This document shows, in pieces, positions 21,796-32,849 of a DNA stretch of 64,000 bases. Source of the DNA: an uncultured delta proteobacterium (GTDB lineage: Bacteria; Myxococcota; Myxococcia; Myxococcales; Anaeromyxobacteraceae); NCBI GenBank assembly GCA_963845515.1, contig CAWJSR010000028.1:128001-192000 (forward strand), written 5' to 3'. Position 1 is the first letter of the stretch. The number at the start of each line of letters is the position of its first letter. Made by a program: the position numbers and the translations under genes. The notes below the pieces were generated by a model, which saw nothing but the letters and a program-made list of their open reading frames with translations, made no database searches and was not told the origin of the DNA.

Positions 21796-22526
21796 GGCAG
21801 CGCCTCCGCGAGCTTCCGGAAGACGTCGCCGCGGTGCTCGTAGTCGTCGAACTGGTCGTAGCTGGCGCACGCCGGCGAGAGGAGGACTACGTCTCCCGGG
21901 ACGGCGAGCGCCGCGGCGCGCGCGACCGCCCTCGCCAGGTCGCCGCAGCTCTCGGTCTGGCCGAGGTCGCCGAGATCGCGCTCCACCGCAGGGGCGTCCT
22001 CGCCGAGCGTCAGCAGCGCCTTGACCCTGCCAGGGAAGAGCTCGCGCAGCGGGGTGTACGGCGCTCCCTTTCCCAGCCCGCCCATCAGGACGATGATCCG
22101 GGCGCGCCCCGGGGCGAAGGCGGCGAGCGCCACGGTGGTCGAGTCGACGTTGGTCGCCTTGGAGTCGTTCACCCACTCGACGCCGTCGCGCTCGCGCACG
22201 AGCTGGAGGCGGTGGGGGAGCCCAGGGAAGCGGTCGAGCCCGCGCTGGGCGGCATCCCCCGAGACCCCCAGCAGCCGCGCGCAGAGCAGCGCGGCGAGCG
22301 CGTTCTCGACGTTGTGGCGGCCGCGGAGCGCGCGGTTCTGCAGCCGGTAACGCTCCGGCGACTCGGAGGGGGCGCGCTGGAGCCAGAGGTCGAAGGCTCC
22401 GCCCGCCTCGCCGCCTCGCGCGGCCCGCGGCTCCACGGGGCCGAAGCCGAACGTCAGCAGCTCGCCGCGCGAGGTGGCCGCCATGGCGACGGTGCGCGGA
22501 TCCCGCGCGTTCGCGATGGCGAAGTC
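21792..22526 (-). CDS. murD: MurD, C-terminal part (N-terminus cut at the fragment junction)
   Basis: GRHNVEN, GLPHRL, NDSKATN, LLSPACASYDQF..YEHRG. Confidence 0.92.
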   Translation of the reverse strand, partial: DFAIANARDPRTVAMAATSRGELLTFGFGPVEPRAARGGEAGGAFDLWLQRAPSESPERYRLQNRALRGRHNVENALAALLCARLLGVSGDAAQRGLDRFPGLPHRLQLVRERDGVEWVNDSKATNVDSTTVALAAFAPGRARIIVLMGGLGKGAPYTPLRELFPGRVKALLTLGEDAPAVERDLGDLGQTESCGDLARAVARAAALAVPGDVVLLSPACASYDQFDDYEHRGDVFRKLAEALP

Positions 22527-22535
22527 ATAGAGACA
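22520..22535. other. Junction between the myxobacterial and archaeal fragments
   Basis: murD (-) and a U32 peptidase tail (+) are both truncated here; GC drops abruptly. Confidence 0.85.
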
Positions 22536-22882
22536 ACGGGGCAGGCAATGCATTCACCGGCATCCGCGATGCAACCGGGCACGTCTTCCCGATCCAGACC
22601 GATGGCGAATGCCGGACCCGGATCGGTAACGCAGTGGAGACCTGCCTTATCGACCACCTGCCCGCGATCCGTCAGGCCGGTATCAGCGAGGTCGTGATCG
22701 ACACCCGCGGCCGTACCGGTGCGTATGCCGGGGCGATGACGCGGATCTACCGTGAGGCAATTGATCAGGTTAACGACAGAGCCATTACGGAGAACCAGAT
22801 CAGATCCCTGAAAGACCGGATAAAAATACTTGCCTGCGGGGGGATCACCGCGGGGCACTTCCTCCGGGGCCTGAAAGAATAA
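22527..22882 (+). CDS. U32 family peptidase-like protein, C-terminal fragment
   Basis: [32 protein letters not shown]...[10 protein letters not shown]. Confidence 0.65.
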
Positions 22883-23001
22883 CGCATGGATTATCCAGAA
22901 CCTGCAGTTTTTTCCGGAACGGGCACCGGTACCAATATTGATGATAATCAAACCTCATGGAGTAATAAGGACAAAACCCCAGTGTCCACGGAGCAGGAAC
23001 C

Positions 23002-23675
23002 ATGCCTTCACCACTGATCCTTGTCAACCTGAAGACCTACAAGGAAGGGACGGGCAACCGTGCCCACATGATCGCACAGGCAGCAGAACTCGTGGCGCGG
23101 GAGAGCGGGGTCACTATCGGGATCGCCCCCACCTATATCGATCTCCACCCGATCAGCCCACCACTTCGCCATACCGGTCTATGCCCAGCACGTGGACGGG
23201 TGTCGAACCCGGTGCAAATACCGGCCATATCACTGTCGATGCCATCAAAGCCGCCGGTGCTGCAGGATCGCTCGTGAACCACTCGGAACGGCGCCTGACG
23301 CTTGCGGATATCGAAGCCTCGGTCACGGGCGCTGCAGGCGCAGAAGATGATCTGCGGTGGTCTGCACCAACAACGAGGCAGCCAGCGCGGCAGCGGCAGC
23401 ACTCGCGTCCGGAATACGTGGCCATCGAGCCCCCGGAACTGATCGGCAGCGGCGTCTCGGTCTCGAAGGCAAACCCGGAGATCATCAGGCGGTCGGTTGC
23501 CACGGTCCATGCGGTAAATCCAAAGGTAAAAGTCCTGACCGGGGCCGGTATCCAGTCCGGGGAATGCGTGAAGATTGCCGTGGATCTCGGAACAGATGGC
23601 GTGCTCCTTGCATCAAGCGTGGTAAAGGCAAAAGACCCGGGCATCGTGCTCCGGGACCTGGTCTCAAAACTCTAA
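23002..23675 (+). CDS. tpiA: Archaeal-type triosephosphate isomerase (several frameshifts)
   Basis: [35 protein letters not shown]. Confidence 0.92.
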
Positions 23676-23923
23676 AGAAATTTTTTTTCGGATATTATTT
23701 GAGGAACAGTACCAGATTCCGACAATCACTACAAACATCACAACACCGATTCCGATTACGGTCATACTGCTGATCTCGTTGATTCTTCTGCCATGTGAGA
23801 CACTCCTTGATGATGGCCTCGATATGTTCCTAAGTATTCGTAAAATATTTCCATATAAAAATATTATCGCCACTGGTCGGACATATTCACGTGAAATGGA
23901 ATACAGCGGGAAAATGGGAATGG

Positions 23924-24480
23924 TCAGACAATCAGCGAGATCAGGTCATGCTTGGTGATAACGCCACGCACAGTCTTTCCTTCCACCACCAGCACCGCGT
24001 GGTTCTGCTGGAGGATATTGATCACCGTCTCCACATCCATATCCGGGGGTACCGTGGGGAATCCCGGACTCCATGAAATCCCGCACCGTGAACAGGTGGG
24101 TCTTGTGCAGGCGCTGCTGTTCGATGGCCTTGACAATCACGGTTTCGGAAATACAGCCGACCGGAACACCCCGCTCAATCACCGGGAGCTGGGAGATATT
24201 ATTCTTCTCAAAGATCTCCACTGCCCGGGTGATCGCATCCTGCGGCTGCACCGAGAGGACCGGCGTATGCATGATCTGGGCTGCCTTGATCTTCTTGGGC
24301 TCGGCACTGTTCAGCACAACAATGATCTTGTTGAGCGTGCTGACCCGGGGATCGACATTTCCTGCTTCGATACGGGCTACCATGGACTGGCTGATACCTG
24401 CCCGCTTGGCAAGTTCCGTCTGTTTCAGGCCCAGCGCTTCGCGGCGCGTGCGGAGTTCCTTCGGGTGTTGGTATATGCAT
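23924..24480 (-). CDS. XRE-type HTH plus CBS-pair protein (frameshifted)
   Basis: MVARIEAGNVDPRVSTL; ISQLPVIE; GVITKHDLI. Confidence 0.85.
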
Positions 24481-24935
24481 CCTGATTACTGATGGTGATA
24501 AGAGATTATCAAGGTTATGCAGGAGGATGGAGCAGGGAGAGCCGTCGTGTACGTCCGATATTACCCGACAGAAAATGATATCAGGATCATAAACGGACAT
24601 TCTTCCAGTGGAAACCCGAGAAGATCCGGTGCAGTGCAAAATTCTATAAACCCGGCGCAATATAGCTCTTCCCTGATAATCCAATTGTCTGATATTGGAC
24701 TTGTGTCGAATATGGACGAATGTCTCAACAATGACGACGATGAAGAGCACCATCGGGTGTCCTTTACCTCTTCTGGTGCACAGCACGAAGTTAGATCCTC
24801 AGTTCACCCATGGAACATATTCCTGAATACAGAAGACACGTTCCAACCAGATCGTGCCGGGATAATTGCAGGGCTGCAATTATGCCGGAATAATTCCATA
24901 CCTGCACCGGCAGGGACAGGCGGCAGGTCGACCAG

Positions 24936-25730
24936 GTGATGAGCAGCAGACGGAATGGGAATGTGCGGGCATCCGTCACGGCAACAGCCGGGAATACATC
25001 ACCGTCCGCAGTTCCGCTCAACCTCTCTGAACATGAGGATCAGGAAAAACTCATTCATGATGAAACCGCTGAATTCCATAAGGCAAACGGTCACCGGGAG
25101 ACGGGATTGCTCAGGGACTCCCTCCACATACTTGAACGGGACGGCATCTGCCACGTGATAAGCGAGGATTACTCGTACAAGACCGATCCGTACTACACGA
25201 TACTCGACTACGAGCTTCGCGGGAAAAACGTGAGACCCACAAGTAGCGCGGTACTGGACGCCTATGTGGTTCCAATGTGCCTTGAGCGGGCGAAACTTGC
25301 CGGCATTCCGGTAGCGGATTGGGGGATCTCACAAGGGTTCGTCCCGTTGCCGGCAATCATCTACGGGCTGAATTATTTTGCCACCAGCGCGGATTTCGTC
25401 CTCGTCCGGGATGGCGAGAAGGCAAAGGAGGTCATCGCGCACGTGACGAACAAGGGCAAGTACCCGTTCTGCTACCAGAAGATCCCGCCCGATGCAACCG
25501 TCCATTCCTGCGTCAGCATTTTTGGCAGGACTGCAGATTCCTGCACTGCCATTACCGGGCTTGCACAGAGAATTTACCAGCTCTTCTCCATCCCGCTCGT
25601 GACGATGGTCTTTGTAAAGACGGGTGATGAATACCACCTCTCGTCGCTGTCACCAACAAAATATACCCGGATCTCCAATGATGAGCGGGCGCTCCTCACC
25701 GCATACCTTGCCCACCAGGAGTTCCTATGA
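24936..25730 (+). CDS. RimK-like ATP-grasp N-terminal (RLAN) domain protein
   Basis: SEDYSYKTDPYYTILDYELRGKNVRPT resembles the RLAN signature; overlaps the downstream ATP-grasp gene. Confidence 0.65.
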   Translation: MMSSRRNGNVRASVTATAGNTSPSAVPLNLSEHEDQEKLIHDETAEFHKANGHRETGLLRDSLHILERDGICHVISEDYSYKTDPYYTILDYELRGKNVRPTSSAVLDAYVVPMCLERAKLAGIPVADWGISQGFVPLPAIIYGLNYFATSADFVLVRDGEKAKEVIAHVTNKGKYPFCYQKIPPDATVHSCVSIFGRTADSCTAITGLAQRIYQLFSIPLVTMVFVKTGDEYHLSSLSPTKYTRISNDERALLTAYLAHQEFL

Positions 25731-26599
25731 GCAGGCTTGGGATCTTCGTTGACCGCAAGACCCTTGCCAGTGCCGAACAGCTCACGGCACTCATCCACTG
25801 CCGCGATGTAGCGGAGGGCATGGGGCACGATGTTGACTTCATCTTCCCGGTCGACATAACGAAGATCCCGAAGATGGACGCGCTCTTCATCCGGGCCCGC
25901 ACCGACCCGATGAACGTCACGTATGTTGCCGCACAGATGGCCGCTTTCCATGGCATCCCGGTCATCGATGACCCGGCATCCATCCGGATCTGCTCTGACA
26001 AGGTCAACATGTATTCCCACCTGATGAAAAAGGACATCTCCATCCCCAAGACGGTATTCCTTTCAAAAAACGATCTTTCCGAAGAACGGGTTGCACGCCT
26101 CTTCGAAGAACTCGGTACACCCATAATCGTCAAGGAGCCGTCTACCTCTTTCTCGCTCCGCGTTGAAAAGGTAAACGACATCCCAGGTTTTTTCCAGGTT
26201 GCACGCCGGTTCATCAGGCTTTCAGACTGGATCGTTGCCCAGCAGTATATCGAGAGCAAATATGACTGGCGGGTCGGGGTCCTGGGCGGGAAGCTGCTCT
26301 ATGCCTGCAAGTACACGATACCGTCGGTCACGTTCAAGATCCAGGCATCGGTGAACGGGCATATCGTGTACTGCGGTGTTGAGAGCGTGCCGGAAAAAGC
26401 CATACCCCCCCATGTGGTCCGGCTTGGGATTGATGCCGGAAACGCGATCGGCAACGGCCTCTATGGTGTGGACATAAAAAATAATAACGGCGATGCGTAT
26501 GTTATAGAGGTGAACGACAATCCCTCGCTCGAGAGCGGCGAGGATGGCCATTACCCGGATGTATACGCGAAGATCGTTGACTGCCTTTTTGCGCCGTGA
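25727..26599 (+). CDS. RimK-family ATP-grasp ligase
   Basis: DALFIR, VIDDPASIRICSDK, IVKEP..SFS, DWRVGVL, LYGVDIK, VIEVNDNPSL. Confidence 0.9.
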   Translation: MSRLGIFVDRKTLASAEQLTALIHCRDVAEGMGHDVDFIFPVDITKIPKMDALFIRARTDPMNVTYVAAQMAAFHGIPVIDDPASIRICSDKVNMYSHLMKKDISIPKTVFLSKNDLSEERVARLFEELGTPIIVKEPSTSFSLRVEKVNDIPGFFQVARRFIRLSDWIVAQQYIESKYDWRVGVLGGKLLYACKYTIPSVTFKIQASVNGHIVYCGVESVPEKAIPPHVVRLGIDAGNAIGNGLYGVDIKNNNGDAYVIEVNDNPSLESGEDGHYPDVYAKIVDCLFAP

Positions 26600-26605
26600 T
26601 ATCCC

Positions 26606-27107
26606 ATGACCAACGACTGGCTTATCCGCGCCGAGGTTATTTGCATGGACTGCGGCGGGACGCTGCTGCAACGATGCTCATCCCCCGATCTCCGGGCACT
26701 GTTACGACCGGCTGGTGGCGCAGGGGGTACCGGAAGACTCCTTTGAGTGGAGGGGGTACCATGCGATCCGGGCACGAAGGGACGGTACGTGCATCTTCTG
26801 CAACGGGAACAAATGCACGATCCATGCCATCAAACCGGAAACCTGCCGGGCGGGGCCGTTCACATTCGATGTGAAAGGGGATGTCATCGGGATCTTCCTG
26901 AAATACGAGGCGGTCTGTCCGGTGGTCCGGTTGCTGAAAGAAGTGCCTGATGCGTACGATCACCAGTTTGATGTTGCCAAAAAGAGTATCACGCACCTTG
27001 TCCGGCACCTGACTGACGAAGAACTGAATGCCATATGCAGGATTGAAGAACCGGAGACGGAAAAAGTGGCGGATATACCAAGGGAATACCATGACCATCG
27101 GGACTGA
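26606..27107 (+). CDS. YkgJ-family Cys-cluster (Zn/Fe-S) protein (frameshift at ~26660)
   Basis: CMDCGG.CC N-terminus; CIF, CTIHAIKPETCRAGPF, CP. Confidence 0.82.
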
Positions 27108-28198
27108 ACACGAATTCTCCATCAACGACCCGCAGTTCAATCCGCTACCGGTCTCCGACACGATCCTCAAAACCATCTGCGGGAGTTTCTCAAGCGAGAT
27201 CCTGTTCGGGGATGTGAAACTCGGAAAGGAGCTCCAGAAGACGGTCCTCGAGATCATTCCCCGCAACCACTCTGATAGTATCGCAGTACTGGAAGGGCAG
27301 CTGATGCGGGGGATACAGAAGTTTTCTCATGTGTTCCAAAACCGCTACCAGTCTGCTCGGCCTCGGTATGCACCCGACACTGAACCTCAACGAGACTGCA
27401 GTCTGGGACCATGACGAAGGGGAATATTACCGGACTTACGACCGCCTCTTCAATATCCACCAGCACGGGTGGCTCAACATCCAGGCTCTTCAGGTCAACC
27501 TCGCGTATAACGGGGAGAAAGACCTCGTGCAGCAATACAATCGCCTCCGCAGCCTGCTGCCATACCTCATTGCGGTCACTGCCGCCTCACCCGTTGTCGA
27601 GGGAAAGAACAACGGCACCGCGGATAACCGGCTTCTTTATTACCGGGAGAACCAGAAAGAGATCCCGCTCATCTGCAACCGCATTATTCCGGAAAAGATT
27701 GAGTCCGTCCATGAGTATCGGAAGGAGCAGGAAAAGATCTTTACTGAACTCAGGAATATGGATGCGGAGATCCTGTGCGAAGAATGGGTGAACTCGGGGG
27801 GCGTCATTATCCGTTTCTCGAGGAAGTGTCTGGAGATCAAGGCAATGGACGAGCAGGACTGTATCCGGTCTGATATGGCGGTCTGTGCATTCATCCGTTC
27901 TCTCCTGCGGTGTAAATCCCTGCCGGTCGAGACTGACCAGGAGGCGCTCCTGGCATTCACGGAGGACGCGATCCGTGAGGGGACTGCGGCGTTCCGGCCG
28001 GAGTTGCAGCAGCTGTATACCAGAGCATGGGACCATGCCACAGCAGAAGAACGGACATATCTCCCGTTCATCAGCCAGAGGATCGAACAGGGAAGCCTTG
28101 GTGAGATCATCCGCGAACGGTGTGAACGGGAGCGGGAGATCATCCCAATCCTTGCTGATATGGCCTGTGCCCTGAAAACGAATGTACCGTACCGGTGA
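27091..28198 (+). CDS. Glutamate--cysteine ligase family 2 (GCS2) carboxylate-amine ligase (frameshift at ~27350)
   Basis: IGTEHEF, ELQKTVLEI, GMHP, HGWLNIQ, ASP.VEG, DNRL, LEIKAMDEQ. Confidence 0.85.
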
Positions 28199-28281
28199 AA
28201 AAACACTTTGTAGCCGGTTATCCTCATTAACCAGCGCACCTATATTCTGTATCCATACACAAGGTAAGAGGATCGGTTACA

Positions 28282-30351
28282 ATGGCACGCCAGTTACTCT
28301 CGGAAGCGGAAGGTTATGAACTGCTGAAGGCTGCCGGTATTCCGGTCCCGCGGTTTGTTATCGTACACTCATCAGAAGAAGCAACGAATGCTGCCGGGAT
28401 GATCGGCTATCCCGCTGTTATGAAAGTGATCTCTCAGCAGGTCGTGCATAAAACTGATGCCGGCGGGGTCATCCTCAACATCAGATCACCGGCCGAAGCA
28501 ACGGCTGCCTTCGAAACGATCTCCCGTAACGTCAGCATGAAGATCCCCGGTGCGGTGATTGACGGCATCCTCGTCGTGCAGCAGCTCACCTCAGGGCTCG
28601 AACTGATCATCGGAGGGAAAACCGATCCTACATTTGGCAAGGTCATTACCATCGGTGCCGGGGGGACACTGGTCGAATTGCTGCGAGACGTCTCGATCCG
28701 GGTGCTGCCAATCGATGAACATGAGATCAAAACGATGGTGCGGCGAGCTCCGGAGTTATCGCCTTATAGAGGGATACCGGAACCAGCCTCCCCGCGATGA
28801 GCAGGCATTTGTATCCGCGATCGCTGCTGCAGCCCGGTGGTTCTTTGCAAGCCCGCGCATCGTGGAATTCGACCTCAACCCGCTCGTCCTGTACGAGGAA
28901 GGCGGATGTGCGGTCGATGCCCGGGTGTACGTAGACAATGCACCCCCACCGGTAGCACCGGATGTGAAACCGGCCCACCCGGACCAGCTCCTGACCATCC
29001 GGTCCATCGCTGTGGTCGGGGCATCGCAGGATCCGAACAAGGTCGGGTACGCAATCACGCGGAACCTTCTGTCGTTTCCGGGTTCACTCTATCCCGTCAA
29101 CCCGAAGTCTACGGAAATTCTCGGGCGTAAAGCCTACCCATCGCTGTCGCATATTCCGGAAAACGTGGACGTGGCGGTTGTCGCGATCCCGGCAAACGGG
29201 GTGCCGCGGGTCGTAAAAGAAGCGGGGGTGAAGAAGGTTCCGCTCGTGATCATCATATCCTCAGGATTCCGCGAAGCCGGGGAAGCAGGCCGTATGCTGG
29301 AGAACGAGGTTCTTGCGACTGCACGCCAGTACGGGTCCGGATCATGGGGCCGAACTGCCTCGGGCTCATGCTCCCCCACCAGGGGATCAACACAACGTTC
29401 GACCCGGTCTCGCCCAAACCGGGGAAGATTGCCTTCATTTCGCAGAGCGGGGCCATCATCACTACCATTGTTGACTGGAGCCTGCCGGAAGAGATCGGCC
29501 TCTCGGCGGTAATCAGCGTCGGCAACCAGGCTGACCTCACGTTCGAGGACTTTGTCCTGTTCGCCGGCAATGACCCGAACACGAGAGCAATCATTCTCTA
29601 TGCCGAACAGATCCGGTACGGCCGCCGGTTCATGGATACGGTGAGCAGGATAACACCGGAGAAACCGGTTGTCGTCATCAAGGCAGGGGCATCTGTGGTC
29701 GGGCAGAAAGCCGCCGCATCCCATACCGGATCGCTTGCCGGGAGCCATGCTGTTTATCTCGCGGCATTCCGGCAGGCCGGAGTCATTCCGGTGAACTCTA
29801 TCCGCGGGGCTTTTCAGACCGCAGAACTGCTGGCATCGGAAGGGTATCCCAAAGGTACCCGTGCTATTGTTATTACCAATGCCGGAGGCTTTGGTGTCCT
29901 CTCTTCGGATTATGCCGAACAGAACGGGATTGTGATGGCAGAATTTTCAGATGATCTTATCAGGGAACTCAACGAAGTGCTGCCACCTGACTGGAGCCGG
30001 GCAAACCCGATCGACATGGTGGGCGATTCAAGCGCGGACCGTTTTGCACGGACATTTGATATCATGATAAAAAACCAGCAGATATGGGACATTGCCTTCG
30101 TCATCGCAGTCCCCTCGGCAATCTCGGACCCGATCCGGGTGGCAAACGAGATCGTCCGCTTCTCGAAACACACCCATAAGATGATCGTGGGCTGCATGAT
30201 CGGCGGTGACAGCATGAAGACCCCGCTCCGCATCCTACGCGATGCCCAGATCCCCAATTTCCCGGACCTCGAGGACGCCTTCAAGGCAGTCGGGATGATC
30301 AGCAATCACCGGTGCAGCACGGATTCGACGGCGTGCCGGCACGGCGAATGA
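28282..30351 (+). CDS. ADP-forming acetate/acyl-CoA synthetase, fused beta-alpha order (frameshifts at ~28745 and ~29335)
   Basis: HKTDAGGV, DLNPL, IAVVGAS, GPNCLG, SQSGA, SHTGSLAG phospho-His motif, NPIDMVGD. Confidence 0.9.
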
Positions 30352-30418
30352 AGAGTAATTATTTCAGTAAAAACGTATTCGGAAATGTACTTCGATTGAA
30401 TCCACTTTACTTGTAGTT

Positions 30419-30600
30419 ATGATGAACGCCGCCGCCCCTGACGGGGCGCAGTCAAAGAATCTGTGCAGATTCTTCTCCAGCCAATTCTCGCTGATGCGAC
30501 GATTGGCTCCCTGCTGCGGATCAATATCTCCGGTAGGTTTATCCGGTAAATCTGCCCGCCGTGCCGAAGAGGGCCCTGAGGTGGGGAGCCATCGTATAAT
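30419..30600. ncRNA. Candidate structured RNA or multi-hairpin element (family not recognised)
   Basis: Four hairpins plus a long-range alternative pairing in an intergenic gap between convergent genes. Confidence 0.4.
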
Positions 30601-30627
30601 CGGGGAGAGTCACAATACCGAACGAGA

Positions 30628-32311
30628 TCACAGCGTGATCTTCTTTACAATCCGCCCGTCACGGAAAACCGTGATCCCGCCGCCGCTCTGGGAGACAACG
30701 ATTCCCACGCATTTTGTTACGCTGGTAATGGCAGCAGCCGAGTTGTGCCGGGTTCCCATTCCCGGAGGCAGTTTCACATAGCTGGAGTCGACCGTAATGT
30801 AGCGTCCCACGGACTCCACAAAACCATCCCCGGTGATGACAAACGCGCCGTCAAGCTGGGCAAGCGCCTTGATATTCTCCTTGAGCTCGGGGTTAGTGAT
30901 GATCCGGGAACTCAGGCCGGTGACCCTCAAAGGGATTCAGGATGATCTGGCGGGACTTTTCGAGCACCTGTTTCGTGTCGCCGATGAGAAATGTAGTCCC
31001 GACTGCCTTGCTCTCCCACCCACCGATAGAAATTTCCGTGCAAATATGAAAAACTGCGTCAAAGACGGCATCGGTAACATCCGTTTCTGTCAGGACAAGG
31101 TCTTTCCAGGTATCGGTGCTGATCCGAACGGCCCCGTCTCGTTTCCGGTCCGTAATATCATTCCCGATGCAGAGGATCTCAATGATATGTCCCTTTTCAT
31201 CCCGGATCGCCTTGTTGATCCAGGCGATCCAGACCCGGTCGCCGTTACGCCGGATGTTCTCGCTGACGTTGACGGCATACCCCTCCGCGTTGAACCCGAG
31301 ATCATCAGCCATCATGGAAATGTCATGGCCGGACCGGGTATTCTGTGATACTATCGTTCCTACCACGTTCTTCCCGATCACATCCTCGCTGGCATAATCG
31401 AAGAAGGTCAGGGCATAATTGTTAAAGAACGTGATCGTTCCCTGAAGGTCCATCCGGACAATGATACTCTGGGTGTTTGCAAGCAGGTCACGGTACTTCG
31501 CCTCGCTTTTCCTGAGGGCTTCTGATATTGCCTTTTTTTCCGTTGTATCGGTAATAATGAACGTCCCGCCCCTGGAAATATCGCGGGGATCGAGCATCTG
31601 AACCTGGATAAGGCATGGCTGGAATGTTTTGTCTTTTTTCAGAAGAGTGCATTCTGCCTGGCCGAAACCCCGGGTATCCTGCCAGCGCTGGATCTCGCGG
31701 CAGAACTGCGCGTACTCTTCCTGCGTGGTAAAAAGGGTCGCAGGATCTTTTCCAATCAGGAAGGTCTCGTTATACCCGAGCATGGTGGCAATACGGTTGT
31801 TTGCCCACAGGATAGCACTGTTCTGGACCTGGAAGATCCCAAGCGGGGTTGCGGCAAGGATGGTTGCCAGCTGGTCGTTCTGGGTTTTGGTATCCCGCTC
31901 GGTTTTTTTCCGCAGGATGGACTGTTTGATCAGCGTGAAAATATCAGCAAGAGGGGCGCGGAGATCACCGGTTGCCGGAACAGTCATCTCGCTTGCCACC
32001 GACACATCTCCGAGTGCGATCCTGCCATTGGATTTTCGGGAAAGAAGTATAACCGGTGTGCCATTACCGCTGGACCGGAGGTACTTGACAAATTCAATCC
32101 CGTTCATCTCTGAGACAAATTCAATCCCGTTCACGTCAGGCATCTGGTCGTACGAGAAGATCAGGTCATAACTCCGGTTTTTCAGTTTTTCTGTTGCCTG
32201 CTTCAGGGAATGCACGGATTCGACACGGATCTCCCCGCTTTTTTCCAGGTATGTGCGGATCCGGATAAAGAGATCGCTGGAGTCGTCGACAAACAAAACA
32301 GAGAACATCAC
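30628..32311 (-). CDS. Receiver-PAS-PAS-diadenylate cyclase (DisA_N/DAC) fusion (frameshift at ~30905)
   Basis: VLFVDD receiver; two PAS/PAC (DTTEKK, NDITDRK); LNPFEGH; LAQLDGAFVI; GMGTRHNSAAAIT; VVSQSGG. Confidence 0.85.
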
Positions 32312-32448
32312 GCATCTCCCGGGTGAAAGCGTGTCAGAAACACTTGATAAAAGTGGATAGTTGACCGATAAATAGTTGTTCCAGACCGGGATAACCTTCG
32401 GAAAGTCAGCGGGAAATACTGCTGCACCGGAAGAAAAAGAGAAAACAA

Positions 32449-32832
32449 TTACTCTTCCGTGTGTTCAACAATGGCGAGCTGGTACATCCAGTCCATGAGG
32501 GGATGACACTCCTCGACAACACACTCGAGTTCGCAACCGATACAGGGGATTAGTTCATCACCGGCAAGAAGATCGGAGGGGTTGACGGGCTGTTGCTTGG
32601 CACGCAGCAGGTAAGTCTTGATACCGTCCTTCTTGAAATCAACACGGTCGATGAGCCCGCTTTCTTCAAGCTTCTTGACAATCCGGGAGCATTTCCGGCT
32701 GTCAACACCGAGCTCTTTCCACAACTCGCTCTGGAGTATCCCTTCGGGTTTTGACTGGATCAGTCTCAGCCCTTCGTCAACAGGATCCGCTGCCACGTCT
32801 TTTTCGACGTTCTTTGCCACTTTCTTTGCCAC
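32449..32832 (-). CDS. Winged-helix protein with C-terminal 4-Cys cluster (TFEbeta/RPC39-like)
   Basis: GILQSELWKELGVDSRKCSRIVKKLE; PCIGCELEC...C..L.DW; directly downstream of an Lsm gene. Confidence 0.7.
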   Translation of the reverse strand: MAKKVAKNVEKDVAADPVDEGLRLIQSKPEGILQSELWKELGVDSRKCSRIVKKLEESGLIDRVDFKKDGIKTYLLRAKQQPVNPSDLLAGDELIPCIGCELECVVEECHPLMDWMYQLAIVEHTEE

Positions 32833-32849
32833 GTTCTTCCACCTTTTCT

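Noticed and set aside
23664..23873. Small membrane protein ORF between tpiA and the CBS gene
   Set aside because: One hydrophobic stretch in AT-rich DNA overlapping a T-run terminator region; too little evidence to call
30419..30600. Calling the hairpin element a hammerhead ribozyme, C/D sRNA, SRP RNA, RNase P RNA or ydaO riboswitch
   Set aside because: No CUGAnGA/GAAA core, box spacing is atypical for a C/D guide, and the signature motifs of the others are absent; kept only as an unassigned candidate
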